In this document: positions 19,236 through 28,757 of the stretch, in pieces
Layout of the letters: each line of letters begins with the position of its first letter
How positions within the stretch are numbered: position 1 is the first letter of the stretch
From: an uncultured Candidatus Saccharibacteria bacterium
GTDB lineage: Bacteria; Patescibacteriota; Saccharimonadia; Saccharimonadales; Saccharimonadaceae
Assembly (NCBI GenBank): GCA_964552765.1
Contig: CAZKIA010000001.1
Span: 61,983 to 125,982, forward strand
Length of the DNA stretch: 64,000 nt
Reading direction: 5' to 3'
Translations under genes and position numbers: made by a program
The notes under the pieces: model-generated
What the model saw: the letters and a program-made list of their open reading frames with translations, nothing else
What the model was told of the DNA's origin: nothing
The model's database searches: none

Positions 19236-20696
19236 CTACTCAAGTTTTTGACGAATGAGCTTCTGCGCTAGTGCTGGGTTAGCCTGACCGTTTGATTTTT
19301 TCATAATCTGACCAACCAAAAAACCAATCGCCTTATCATTTCCGCCCCGAATATCATCGAGTGCTTGTTGCGACGCTGGATCAGCCAGTACGTCGTCGAC
19401 AATCGCCCCAATTGCCCCCTCGTCACTGACTTGAAGTAACTGATGTTGCTCAGCAATCACCCGGGGCGAGAGATTATCTTTTTGCATAAGGGCAAATATC
19501 TCTTTGGCAGCGGTAGAATTTACTTCATCTTTATCAACCATCTCTGTTAATTCTGCGTAAAAATCGTCTGGGACAACCTGATAAACACTGCCAGGTAGTG
19601 CAGTTTCATCTGCCGATTCAGATACTGATGAGGCAAACCACAACGCCGTACGCCGAGCAGCACTCGTGTGGCCTGACTCTTTAAGCCGTGAAATAAGCTC
19701 AACAGTTGGTCGAGAGCTAAGCAGCGCTACAATAACCGTATCGTCTAGCTTTAACTCACTAAGGAGTGTCCGATAATGATCAGGGAGGAGCGGCATTGTA
19801 GCCCTTGCCCGATCAACTCTCTCGGTAGAAATCCGAATTGGCGGCAAATCAGCATCAGGAAAGTATCGATAGTCGTGGGCGTTTTCTTTGCTACGCTGCG
19901 AGATCGTTTTTTGCTTGGCCTCATCCCAGCCACGTGTCTCTTGTGTAATGCTATTACCTCGCTCTAGCTCTTCAATCTGGCGCTGAATCTCATACTCGGC
20001 AGCTTTTTCTACGGAACGGAATGAGTTGAGGTTTTTCGTCTCAGTTCGCGTCCCCCATGTATCAGTCTTGCTTACCGAAACATTGATATCAAAACGCATA
20101 TTGCCATGATAGAGATCGCCATCGGTTACATCTGCATAGGTCATGAGCATATAGAGCGCCTGTGCGTAGGCTTTTGCCTCGGCCGGACTATGCATATCGG
20201 CCTCGGACACAATCTCGATCAGTGGCGTACCAGCACGGTTGTAATCAACCAGACTGTATTCTTTGCCCGCTGGGTGCGTTAATTTACCGGCATCTGCCTC
20301 AAGATGAGCATGATGAATCCGCACGGTTTTTGTCTCGCCATCAGGAAGTGTCATGTCAACCGACCCAGAGAGAATAATCGGCTCTGCAAGTTGCGTGATC
20401 TGATAGCCAAGTGGCAAGTCTGGATAAAAATAATGTTTTCTCTCAAAACGGCTCAATGGCGCAATATCTGCTTTCAGCGCAAGCCCCGCCCTGATTGCGA
20501 GTGTGATTGCCTCTTCATTTAATACCGGCAATGTACCTGGCAGACCAAAACATAGCGGACTAACGGTAGTGTTCGGCTCCTTACCTCGAGCATCATTATC
20601 AGCACCCGTAAATAACTTGGTGCGCGTCTTAAGTTGAACATGGCACTCGATCCCGATTGTCGCCGTATAAGCACTGCGGACGCTTTCAGATATCAT
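19236..20696 (-). CDS. gatB: Asp/Glu-tRNA amidotransferase subunit B
   Basis: 486 aa, with typical GatB blocks (IGIECHVQL, YFYPDLP, NMRFDINVS) and a C-terminal GatB/YqeY domain. Confidence 0.95.
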   Translation of the reverse strand: MISESVRSAYTATIGIECHVQLKTRTKLFTGADNDARGKEPNTTVSPLCFGLPGTLPVLNEEAITLAIRAGLALKADIAPLSRFERKHYFYPDLPLGYQITQLAEPIILSGSVDMTLPDGETKTVRIHHAHLEADAGKLTHPAGKEYSLVDYNRAGTPLIEIVSEADMHSPAEAKAYAQALYMLMTYADVTDGDLYHGNMRFDINVSVSKTDTWGTRTETKNLNSFRSVEKAAEYEIQRQIEELERGNSITQETRGWDEAKQKTISQRSKENAHDYRYFPDADLPPIRISTERVDRARATMPLLPDHYRTLLSELKLDDTVIVALLSSRPTVELISRLKESGHTSAARRTALWFASSVSESADETALPGSVYQVVPDDFYAELTEMVDKDEVNSTAAKEIFALMQKDNLSPRVIAEQHQLLQVSDEGAIGAIVDDVLADPASQQALDDIRGGNDKAIGFLVGQIMKKSNGQANPALAQKLIRQKLE

Positions 20697-21109
20697 AGCG
20701 CCCCCAAGTCGCGTAGACCGCGCTTAAAACTACTAAGGGCTTGTTTGGTTAAGCGCGGCGAAATCTTCACCGAATCTTCGTGGGCAATACGATTACGAAG
20801 TTTGTGAGCGGCCCAAATCATATCACGACGGCTAAAGACACGTGCCGCGCTCACCATTCGCTCTCCCATTGTTTGTCCTTTGTAGCCAGATTCACGGAGG
20901 GCGCGATCGAGTAATTTATCGGCCTGGAGAATTGCGAATTGCTGTGTCGAGGGGTCTGCCGTGACAGAACTTTCGATTCTCAACCATTCTTGACGATAGA
21001 CATCCTTGTCGATCCCCGTGCGCCCACGACGACCAAGACTAATCACTATCAACAGTGCCACTCCTACGACGATCAGCCCGACAAACATTACAATGATGAG
21101 ATTATCCAT
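20693..21109 (-). CDS. Membrane-anchored protein with a HEPN-like (R-x4-H) C-terminal domain, embedded in the gatCAB operon
   Basis: 138 aa. An N-terminal TM helix is followed by a helical domain ending in AAHKLRNRIAHED (R-N-x-I-A-H). Its start overlaps the gatA stop by 8 nt and its stop overlaps the gatB start by 4 nt. Confidence 0.6.
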   Translation of the reverse strand: MDNLIIVMFVGLIVVGVALLIVISLGRRGRTGIDKDVYRQEWLRIESSVTADPSTQQFAILQADKLLDRALRESGYKGQTMGERMVSAARVFSRRDMIWAAHKLRNRIAHEDSVKISPRLTKQALSSFKRGLRDLGAL

Positions 21110-22496
21110 TGTGTTCCTCCCATAACTTCGCAGCCTGAAGTACTATCTGGTCGTGCTTCATTGGTGCAATAATCTGCAGTCCGACGGGCAAACCAGCCGA
21201 TGTCTTGCCCGCTGGTACACTAATAGCTGGTAGGCCAGCTAGACTAGCCGGAACGGTCATGATATCAGTGAGGTACATCTGCAGAGGATCCTGAGTATTT
21301 TCACCAAGGCGAAATGCCGGCGTTGGTGCGACGGGACTTATCAATACATCGTACTGTTTAAATGCCGCATCAAATTCTTTAATAATTTTTGTACGAACTG
21401 TCTGAGCCTTTTTGTAATAGGCATCATAATACCCGCTACTCAGTACGTAGTTACCAATAAGAATGCGTCGTTTATTTTCGTCCATAAAGCCTTGGGTGCG
21501 GGTGTTTGTAATGACCTCAGCGATAGAACCACCCGATTCTGATAGTCCATACTTGATACCATCAAATCGCGCGAGATTTGAAGTTAGTTCAGCCGGTACT
21601 ACGATGTAATAAACGGCTAGTGCATAGTTTTGCAATGGCATAGACACGAACTCTACCGTATGGCCGGCTGATTGCAGTGATGTGATGGCATGTTCAACGA
21701 CATGGGTCACTTCAGGATCCACGGCATCAGTCATAGACTGCTCAATAACACCAATACGGAGTGGAGACGGCGAAGACGCGATCAACGACTCGATATCGAT
21801 CGTCGTACTGTCATGTGGATCAATACCATTCATGCAATCTAGCACTAAGCGTGCATCGTCGACACATGTAGTGATAGGGCCAACAACATCTGTGCTACTA
21901 GCCATCGCAACCACACCATAGCGGCTCACCGACCCATACGTTGGCTTGAGGCCAACAACACCGTTATAGCTCGCTGGCTGGCGTATCGATCCGCCAGTGT
22001 CCGACCCCAATGCAAACGGAACGATGCCTGCGGCGACAGCAACAGCAGATCCGCCAGAACTCCCTCCGGCAACACGCTCGGCATCGGCGATATTTTTCGT
22101 TGGCCCAAAAAAAGAATTTTCAGTGCTGCCGCCGTGAGCAAAAGCATCAAGATTTGTTTTGCCAATACAAATAGCACCTTCAGCCTCCAGGCGTTCAATA
22201 ACTGTTGCTTGATAGGGCGCGGTAAAGTTTTCAAGCATATGCGCACTGGCTGTCGTTCGGCTATCAAATGTCAAAATGTTATCTTTCGCTAAGAATGGCA
22301 CCCCCATCAAACGACCATGAACTTCACCAGCCTCACGCGCACGATCAAGCTCATCTGCCCGAGCCAATGCGCGCGATTCAATAACGGATAAGACCGAGCT
22401 GTAACTATCATTTTTGGCGCGATCAATTGCCGCCTGAACGATCGATCGTATTGTCGCGCCTTCATGAAGCTGTTTTTTTATATCATCTATTGTCAT
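21102..22496 (-). CDS. gatA: Glutamyl-tRNA(Gln) amidotransferase subunit A
   Basis: It carries the amidase signature GGSSGGSAVAVAAG and the typical GatA length. Confidence 0.95.
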   Translation of the reverse strand: MTIDDIKKQLHEGATIRSIVQAAIDRAKNDSYSSVLSVIESRALARADELDRAREAGEVHGRLMGVPFLAKDNILTFDSRTTASAHMLENFTAPYQATVIERLEAEGAICIGKTNLDAFAHGGSTENSFFGPTKNIADAERVAGGSSGGSAVAVAAGIVPFALGSDTGGSIRQPASYNGVVGLKPTYGSVSRYGVVAMASSTDVVGPITTCVDDARLVLDCMNGIDPHDSTTIDIESLIASSPSPLRIGVIEQSMTDAVDPEVTHVVEHAITSLQSAGHTVEFVSMPLQNYALAVYYIVVPAELTSNLARFDGIKYGLSESGGSIAEVITNTRTQGFMDENKRRILIGNYVLSSGYYDAYYKKAQTVRTKIIKEFDAAFKQYDVLISPVAPTPAFRLGENTQDPLQMYLTDIMTVPASLAGLPAISVPAGKTSAGLPVGLQIIAPMKHDQIVLQAAKLWEEHNG

Positions 22497-22783
22497 AGTA
22501 CTTTTTTGACCTTTACCTGACCGTCCAGTGTATCGGGCGCATTTTTTAGCAGCTCTTCACGACCGATAGATTGCGTTTCAACGACATCGTCACGTGTCAC
22601 GTTCTCAAGACCTGTCACCTGGTAGGTCGGTTCTTCGCCTGTCGTATCAACTTCATTAAGCTGCTCGACATACCCAATAATCTCTTGTAGTTGTACACGG
22701 AGAGCATCAGCCTCGCTATCACTTATAGAGAGAGCTGATAGTGAGGCTAATCTTTTGACATCATCAATAGTTATTGCGGACAT
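22493..22783 (-). CDS. gatC: Asp/Glu-tRNA amidotransferase subunit C
   Basis: The start is taken at MSAITIDDVKRLA (96 aa). The gene is GatC-like and overlaps the gatA start by 4 nt. Confidence 0.85.
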   Translation of the reverse strand: MSAITIDDVKRLASLSALSISDSEADALRVQLQEIIGYVEQLNEVDTTGEEPTYQVTGLENVTRDDVVETQSIGREELLKNAPDTLDGQVKVKKVL

Positions 22784-22820
22784 ATTATATCTATTATATA
22801 CCAATCAAATGCTGGGACGG

Positions 22821-23891
22821 CTAATACAGCGAGGAATCGTCAGTTTGCGTATTGTAACTAGGCTTGTTCAGGTAATCATTGTAGAGAGATGAGTAGCCAG
22901 CACTTAGCTTAAAACATTTCTCGCCAATTCCATGCGTCGTAAATGATGCATAGGTTGAATAATCATCATTTGTATATGATGAGCGGCTTGTCGAGTAGCC
23001 ATAAGCTTTCTGGGTATCAGTCTTAAATGTAGCACAGAGTTGATAGCGAGATGAGCCTTGTTTTTTGTAGTCATAGTGAGCGAGTCGCTTCTTCGTCTCT
23101 GTCTTAAGGCCGTCAAGTGCGCTTAAATCGGATGGTAATGACCGTTTGTCGCCATAGTATGATGTGATCTCTGTTTGAATGTCCGATAGATCAGCCGCCG
23201 CTTTCTCATCGTGCGCACTGCCTTGAACATTTGACACTGACATAGCGAGCAATCCAATCGTAACAGCAACACCAAAACCGGTCAGGAGAAGTGAAAATGT
23301 TTTGCGTGATAAACCTTGGTGCCGACCATATGCCCAAAATAATCCCACATTGACAAGTGCTGCTAACACCCCAGGGAGGATCGTTCGTACAGCGGTATCG
23401 CCTGCTTGATCATCGATTCCAACAATGATACGAATTAATGCATAGACAACGCTAAAGAGTGTGCCTGCAATTGCCAATACGACATTGAACAAAAAGAATC
23501 CAACAAATAACTTGTGAATAAGCCGCTCTTTTGTCGCAGGATGACGCTCAATCTCGGCTCGTGTTCGTAGATAAAACACTACTGCAAGTGGCAACCATAT
23601 AATCATCGAGGCCGCTACCCATAATGAGAACTCACCAACAAATCGAACCGCCAGAGGGTTTTCGATGCCTTTCATGTAGTTGATAAGTGCATAGATCGCG
23701 TAATTAATAACGCCTACTGTCACGAGAAGACCAACAACAGATAGCGCTAGCTCGAGACCGTACCAACTCATCCCGCGACTAAGTTTACCCATCATTGTCT
23801 GAAGTGATAACGGCGATTTCGCCGCAGGTTGTGCCGCAGCAGATACTGCTGCCGTACTTTGCTGCTCATTGACATTGTCTGGTTGCATCAT
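22821..23891 (-). CDS. Polytopic membrane protein with a pilin-like C-terminal globular module
   Basis: About 6 TM segments are followed by AAADLSDIQTEITSYYGDKRSLPSDLSAL...QLCATF...EKCFKL. This matches the pilin head pattern (D..i...l..YY....YP, paired Cys). Confidence 0.55.
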   Translation of the reverse strand: MMQPDNVNEQQSTAAVSAAAQPAAKSPLSLQTMMGKLSRGMSWYGLELALSVVGLLVTVGVINYAIYALINYMKGIENPLAVRFVGEFSLWVAASMIIWLPLAVVFYLRTRAEIERHPATKERLIHKLFVGFFLFNVVLAIAGTLFSVVYALIRIIVGIDDQAGDTAVRTILPGVLAALVNVGLFWAYGRHQGLSRKTFSLLLTGFGVAVTIGLLAMSVSNVQGSAHDEKAAADLSDIQTEITSYYGDKRSLPSDLSALDGLKTETKKRLAHYDYKKQGSSRYQLCATFKTDTQKAYGYSTSRSSYTNDDYSTYASFTTHGIGEKCFKLSAGYSSLYNDYLNKPSYNTQTDDSSLY

Positions 23892-23955
23892 GATTTCCTC
23901 GTTTAATAGTAACGCTTGTTAAACACTATTATTGTATCATCTTGTACGGACAAAA

Positions 23956-25926
23956 TCAGAGAGATGATTTGATCTCTTCGATGAGGTCGCGTAATTCGGC
24001 TGCCTTTTCAAACTCTAGATTAGCAGCCGCCAATTCCATCTGAGATGACAACTCTCGAATAAGATGTGGGTATTCGTCTTTGGGTATCTTTTTAAGATTA
24101 ATAGCATCCTTTTTAGGATCATCCTTTTGCGGGATGATAGATCGCAATCCCTCATCGATAGCCTTGTTGACACTCCGAGGCGTAATACTATGTTCAGTGT
24201 TATATGCCTCCTGGATACTGCGACGTCGGTTTGTCTCGTCAATCGCTCGCTGCATTGAGTCGGTAATTTTGTCGGCATACATAATGACATTGCCGTGTTC
24301 ATGCCGAGCAGCCCGTCCAATCGTTTGGATCAGTGCCTGGCTGGATCGTAAAAACCCTTCTTTATCAGCATCCATAATTGCCACAAGGCTCACCTCAGGT
24401 AAATCAAGACCCTCACGTAAAAGGTTGATACCAACAAGAACATCGTAAACTCCAAGGCGCAGATCCCGCAGGATATCACCTCGCTCAAGCGTATCAACTT
24501 CACTATGAATATAGGCTGTTTTAATGCCGAGTTCGATGAGATAACTCGATAAATCTTCAGCCATTCGTTTGGTGAGTGTCGTGACCAAGACACGTTCGCG
24601 ATTTTCAATCCGTCTACGTATCTCATCAAGAAGATTGTCGATCTGACCCTCACTCGGGCGGATATCAATAAGAGGATCAAGCAGACCGGTTGGACGAATC
24701 ACCTGCTGAATCGGCTCAGGCGTTCGTGCCAACTCATATGGCCCAGGCGTGGCTGAGACGAAGATAACATCCCCCATATGCTTCTCGAACTCAGTAAATG
24801 TCAAAGGTCGATTATCAAGCGCACTTGGTAATCGAAAACCGTGTTCGACAAGCACTTCTTTTCGAGCACGATCGCCGTTATACATCCCTCTTACCTGCGG
24901 GATGGTCATATGGCTCTCATCGATGAGTAGCAAGTAATCATCGGGGAAATAGTCCATGAGCGTTGCAGGCTGTTCACCTGGTTCACGATTGGTAAGGTAT
25001 CGGCTGTAGTTTTCAATGCCCTTGACAAAGCCTGTCTCTTCTAGCATTTCTAGGTCATATTTTGTACGTTGCTGCAACCGTTGCGCCTCAAGCAATTTAT
25101 TGGTTTTTTCAAACCACGCCAGTCGTTCCTCGAGTTCAGATTTTATTTGGACAACGGCTTTTTCGATTTTATTTTTGGGAGTGACGTAGTGTGATCCTGG
25201 AAATATCTTTATCTCTTCTGGCTCAGCGATGACTTCACCTGTTAACGGATTAATTTTGGTGAGACGCTCTATTTCATCACCAAAAAATTCTATCCGATAG
25301 GCTTCCTCGCCGCCACTCGGTATGACGTCGACCGTATCGCCGCGTACTCGAAATGTGCTGCGATGAAAATCAATATCGTTACGCTGATATTGAATATCAT
25401 TGAGATGACGTAGTAGCTTATCACGTTTTCGCATCTCACCGCGCTTGACGTGAAGTGCCATATCACCATAATCCTCTACTGACCCAATGCCGTAGATACA
25501 GCTAACACTCGCCACAATAATCACATCACGCCGACTCAAAAGAGCGGCTGTGGCGGCATGTCGCAGACGGTCAATCTCTTCATTGATCTTACTGTCTTTT
25601 TCAATATACGTATCACTGCTGGCAATGTATGCCTCGGGCTGATAGTAGTCAAAATAACTCACAAAATAATGAACATCGTTATCGGGAAAAAAAGCCTTAA
25701 ACTCTGAGAATAACTGTGCTGCTAGTGTTTTATTGTGTGCAAGCACCAATGTCGGCACGCCACGGTTTTGAATAATATTGGCCATCGTAAAAGTTTTACC
25801 TGATCCCGTTACACCGAGCAAGGTTTGCTCGCGTTGGCCATTATCAAACCCTTTGATCAATTGCTCGATTGCCATCGGCTGATCACCCGTTGGCTGATAG
25901 TTACTTTGCAATCGAAATGATGTCAT
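23956..25926 (-). CDS. uvrB: Excinuclease ABC subunit B
   Basis: It has [10 protein letters not shown], helicase motifs and a C-terminal UVR domain ([11 protein letters not shown]). TATAAT lies 6 nt upstream of the ATG. Confidence 0.95.
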   Translation of the reverse strand: MTSFRLQSNYQPTGDQPMAIEQLIKGFDNGQREQTLLGVTGSGKTFTMANIIQNRGVPTLVLAHNKTLAAQLFSEFKAFFPDNDVHYFVSYFDYYQPEAYIASSDTYIEKDSKINEEIDRLRHAATAALLSRRDVIIVASVSCIYGIGSVEDYGDMALHVKRGEMRKRDKLLRHLNDIQYQRNDIDFHRSTFRVRGDTVDVIPSGGEEAYRIEFFGDEIERLTKINPLTGEVIAEPEEIKIFPGSHYVTPKNKIEKAVVQIKSELEERLAWFEKTNKLLEAQRLQQRTKYDLEMLEETGFVKGIENYSRYLTNREPGEQPATLMDYFPDDYLLLIDESHMTIPQVRGMYNGDRARKEVLVEHGFRLPSALDNRPLTFTEFEKHMGDVIFVSATPGPYELARTPEPIQQVIRPTGLLDPLIDIRPSEGQIDNLLDEIRRRIENRERVLVTTLTKRMAEDLSSYLIELGIKTAYIHSEVDTLERGDILRDLRLGVYDVLVGINLLREGLDLPEVSLVAIMDADKEGFLRSSQALIQTIGRAARHEHGNVIMYADKITDSMQRAIDETNRRRSIQEAYNTEHSITPRSVNKAIDEGLRSIIPQKDDPKKDAINLKKIPKDEYPHLIRELSSQMELAAANLEFEKAAELRDLIEEIKSSL

Positions 25927-25932
25927 CTTTTT

Positions 25933-25968
25933 ATTATACGATAATTACAGCGTAAAATACGGTATACT
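25933..25968. promoter_or_regulatory. Back-to-back -10 boxes for divergent uvrB and LOG genes (leaderless geometry)
   Basis: On the minus strand, TATAAT (25933-25938) lies 6 nt from the uvrB ATG. On the plus strand, TATACT (25963-25968) lies 8 nt from the LOG ATG. Neither gene has a Shine-Dalgarno sequence. Confidence 0.5.
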
Positions 25969-25976
25969 ATCAAGAT

Positions 25977-26660
25977 ATGGCGCATACACATAAACACGAA
26001 AAAAGGGTCTGGCTCCCCGACGCACATCTCGTCAAAGCCATTGAAAAATCAACCGAAAGCTTACGCAGCAGCGATCAAGAGTTTGAGAAAGCCTTTAGGA
26101 TTCTCAAAAAATACCCGATGCGCGTCAATATATTTGGCTCAGCTCGCGTTCGTCCTAGTGATCCACACTACAAACACGCCCGTAGCCTGGCCCGAGCGTT
26201 GGCACTGCAAGGCTACACAATTGTGAGTGGCGGGAGTGGCGGTATCATGGAAGCGGCCAATCGTGGTGCATTTGAAGCAGGCGGGACATCAGTCGGATTT
26301 AACATTATCTTGCCACATGAACAAGCCCCAAATCCCTACACCACTGATAGCATGTCATTCCACTACTTCTTTACTCGTAAGGTTATGATGACATTTTATA
26401 TGCATGCCTATGTTTACTACCCAGGCGGTTTTGGTACACTTGACGAACTCTTTGAGATTATCACACTGATCCAAACCAAAAAGATTCCTGCCGTACCGAT
26501 CATTCTTGTCGGCAACGAATATTGGAAAAAAATGGATCAGTTTGTACATCATGAGATGCTCAATAGTGGATATATATCATCTGGCGATGAAAAGCTTTAC
26601 ACTATCACTGATGATATTGATACAATTTGCAGTCTCATCACTATCGATTATCAGACGTAA
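25977..26660 (+). CDS. LOG/TIGR00730-family Rossmann protein (cytokinin riboside 5'-monophosphate phosphoribohydrolase-like)
   Basis: Motifs present: GGSGGIMEAANRGA and PGGFGTLDELFE. Confidence 0.85.
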   Translation: MAHTHKHEKRVWLPDAHLVKAIEKSTESLRSSDQEFEKAFRILKKYPMRVNIFGSARVRPSDPHYKHARSLARALALQGYTIVSGGSGGIMEAANRGAFEAGGTSVGFNIILPHEQAPNPYTTDSMSFHYFFTRKVMMTFYMHAYVYYPGGFGTLDELFEIITLIQTKKIPAVPIILVGNEYWKKMDQFVHHEMLNSGYISSGDEKLYTITDDIDTICSLITIDYQT

Positions 26661-27843
26661 TGCGAAGCAGCGCCAGGTTTCGAACATGAGGTATCGCCAG
26701 GTACCGAGACAATAATTCACTCTCTAAATTGCGGCGCATATATTTTAAAGAGCGGGTGTCAAAAGGCGCCTCATATGAGGCATCAATACTGACGTCAACG
26801 AGGTTATAGCTTACGGGTTGTTGGCCTGGTTTTGCGACCCACTCTGAGCCATCCCAAACACCAAGGCTCTCGGCAAATTGTGCGACGCCATCATTTACCT
26901 TCTGACTTCGCCAATCAGCCCCATCCATGTGTTCAACATTACTATCGGGATCGTCAACGCTACCAAAAAACCGATGCAAACTACGCCAATGCACTCGCCG
27001 ACCCGCCAACTGAACATGACCAACATCATCATTAGCAATAGCACTAGCGATGCGCGCACCAAATGCCGTATCGACCTGGTGATACTTCATAAGGCTACTC
27101 ATTGATATAATCTCATGAATCGAGTGAAGAATAAGGCTGACTGTCCTTAGAGTATACCCACGGATAACTTTTTCTCGAGTTGGTGCAATCATGATCGCCC
27201 CCATCTCCTTGCTATGTAGCACAAAGTGATGACGCCGTGATGAAGGCGCAAGAATATCGCAATAGGCAGGATTATCAAGATAGCTAATCTCAAAAGGCCG
27301 TTGCTCAAAATCTTGTGGTGTCAATCCACGGTACTGTTCGATCATCTCACGATTCCAGGCGTCGTCTTCGACGTAGCGTGCAGCGACCATAAGCTGAGAC
27401 GAAGGCTCATGTTTGAGCATACTCGCAAGCGAACGATACCGAAGTGCTTGTTGCAAGTGACGTGGCGGGTTTTTTTGAAGAAGCTTCTTGGCAACACTTG
27501 ATTTCAACGACCAACAGATCGTTCCTCTGACATGAGCTTGCATATGGGTGACAATGTGCGGTGTCATCTCACTCACTGCATTAGGAAATTGCCCTCCCAG
27601 TAACCGTGCAAGTCGCTCATTGTCTTCGTGAGCACGTGAACGTAGCACTACATAGAGTTCATACGGCGTTGTGTCACGAGGATCAAGGCCATATAGCCGA
27701 TGAACTCGTGCCGACGCCTCATAAATATCCCCAATAAGTCTCGTATCGATCGACTCTCGATCAATATTTGATTCAAGCTTGCTAATCATCCGTCCGAGAC
27801 GGTCGGGATCTTCACCCATTAGCTCTGCAAGTACACGCGACAT
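26641..27843 (-). CDS. Hypothetical protein (400 aa), last gene of the sugar-phosphate gene string
   Basis: It is a long intact ORF with no recognised motif. Its start lies 1 nt after the fba stop. Its 3' end overlaps the convergent LOG gene by 20 nt. Confidence 0.6.
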   Translation of the reverse strand: MSRVLAELMGEDPDRLGRMISKLESNIDRESIDTRLIGDIYEASARVHRLYGLDPRDTTPYELYVVLRSRAHEDNERLARLLGGQFPNAVSEMTPHIVTHMQAHVRGTICWSLKSSVAKKLLQKNPPRHLQQALRYRSLASMLKHEPSSQLMVAARYVEDDAWNREMIEQYRGLTPQDFEQRPFEISYLDNPAYCDILAPSSRRHHFVLHSKEMGAIMIAPTREKVIRGYTLRTVSLILHSIHEIISMSSLMKYHQVDTAFGARIASAIANDDVGHVQLAGRRVHWRSLHRFFGSVDDPDSNVEHMDGADWRSQKVNDGVAQFAESLGVWDGSEWVAKPGQQPVSYNLVDVSIDASYEAPFDTRSLKYMRRNLESELLSRYLAIPHVRNLALLRITSDNR

Positions 27844-27844
27844 G

Positions 27845-28756
27845 CTACCTCACGGCTTTATTGGCCGAGCCAAAGGCTTCTATCTTCTCTTCAACAACAC
27901 GCTGTACGGCATCATAGACTGTTGGCATAAGTTTAACGATTGCGTATTCTTTAGGATTATCTTTCAGCACTTTCTCAAGGGTCGTACGGAAAACATAGCG
28001 CATATCACTATTGATATTAATCTTGCTTACCCCAATGCGTGCTGCTTCCTCAAAATAATGTACAGGGGTACCGCTACCGCCATGCAGACTGATCTGGCAA
28101 TGGATAGCATCACGAATTTCCTGTAGAAGCTGCAGGTCGAGCTGTTTAGGCACTGGGTACTTCCCATGTAAATTACCGACAGCTGCTGCGTAGGTATCGA
28201 TACCTGTTGCCTCGACAAACCCACGAGCCCCTTCGGGAGTACTAAATGTTTTCTTGATCTCATCATAGTCGATGTTCTCATCGTGAACATTTGAGCTACC
28301 GCCAAAATAATGCGGCTCCGACTCAACAAGTGCACCGGTGAACTTAGCGTATTCAACCACTTCACGAGTCTTGGCGATAATCTCCTCATCGCTTGCATCG
28401 TGGTTCGCCTGAGAAATATCGATATGAATAAATTCAAAGCCAACATCGATAGCACGTTTACATGCCTCAACGGTCGGACTATGATCGAGGTTGAGATACA
28501 TCTCAACCCCATATTGTTTGCGGTAATTATCAACCATGTCACGGACGTTTTCTAGGCCCAGTGCCGTCACTTCACCATCGCTTACCTCGACCAACACAGG
28601 TGAATTCTTGGCCTGTGCAGCTCGAGCTACGGCGATCAATGTCTCTTGATTGTCGATATTGAAGGCACCGACAGCAAAGTGTTGCTGGCGGCTGCGCTGC
28701 ATCAAATGTCGAGCATGTAGGCAGTTATCTCGGATGTCGTGTATTGTGAGGCCCAT
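27845..28756 (-). CDS. fba: Class II fructose/tagatose-bisphosphate aldolase
   Basis: Metal and substrate motifs are present: NLDHS, FIHIDIS, ISLHGGSG. Confidence 0.85.
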   Translation of the reverse strand: MGLTIHDIRDNCLHARHLMQRSRQQHFAVGAFNIDNQETLIAVARAAQAKNSPVLVEVSDGEVTALGLENVRDMVDNYRKQYGVEMYLNLDHSPTVEACKRAIDVGFEFIHIDISQANHDASDEEIIAKTREVVEYAKFTGALVESEPHYFGGSSNVHDENIDYDEIKKTFSTPEGARGFVEATGIDTYAAAVGNLHGKYPVPKQLDLQLLQEIRDAIHCQISLHGGSGTPVHYFEEAARIGVSKININSDMRYVFRTTLEKVLKDNPKEYAIVKLMPTVYDAVQRVVEEKIEAFGSANKAVR

Positions 28757-28757
28757 A

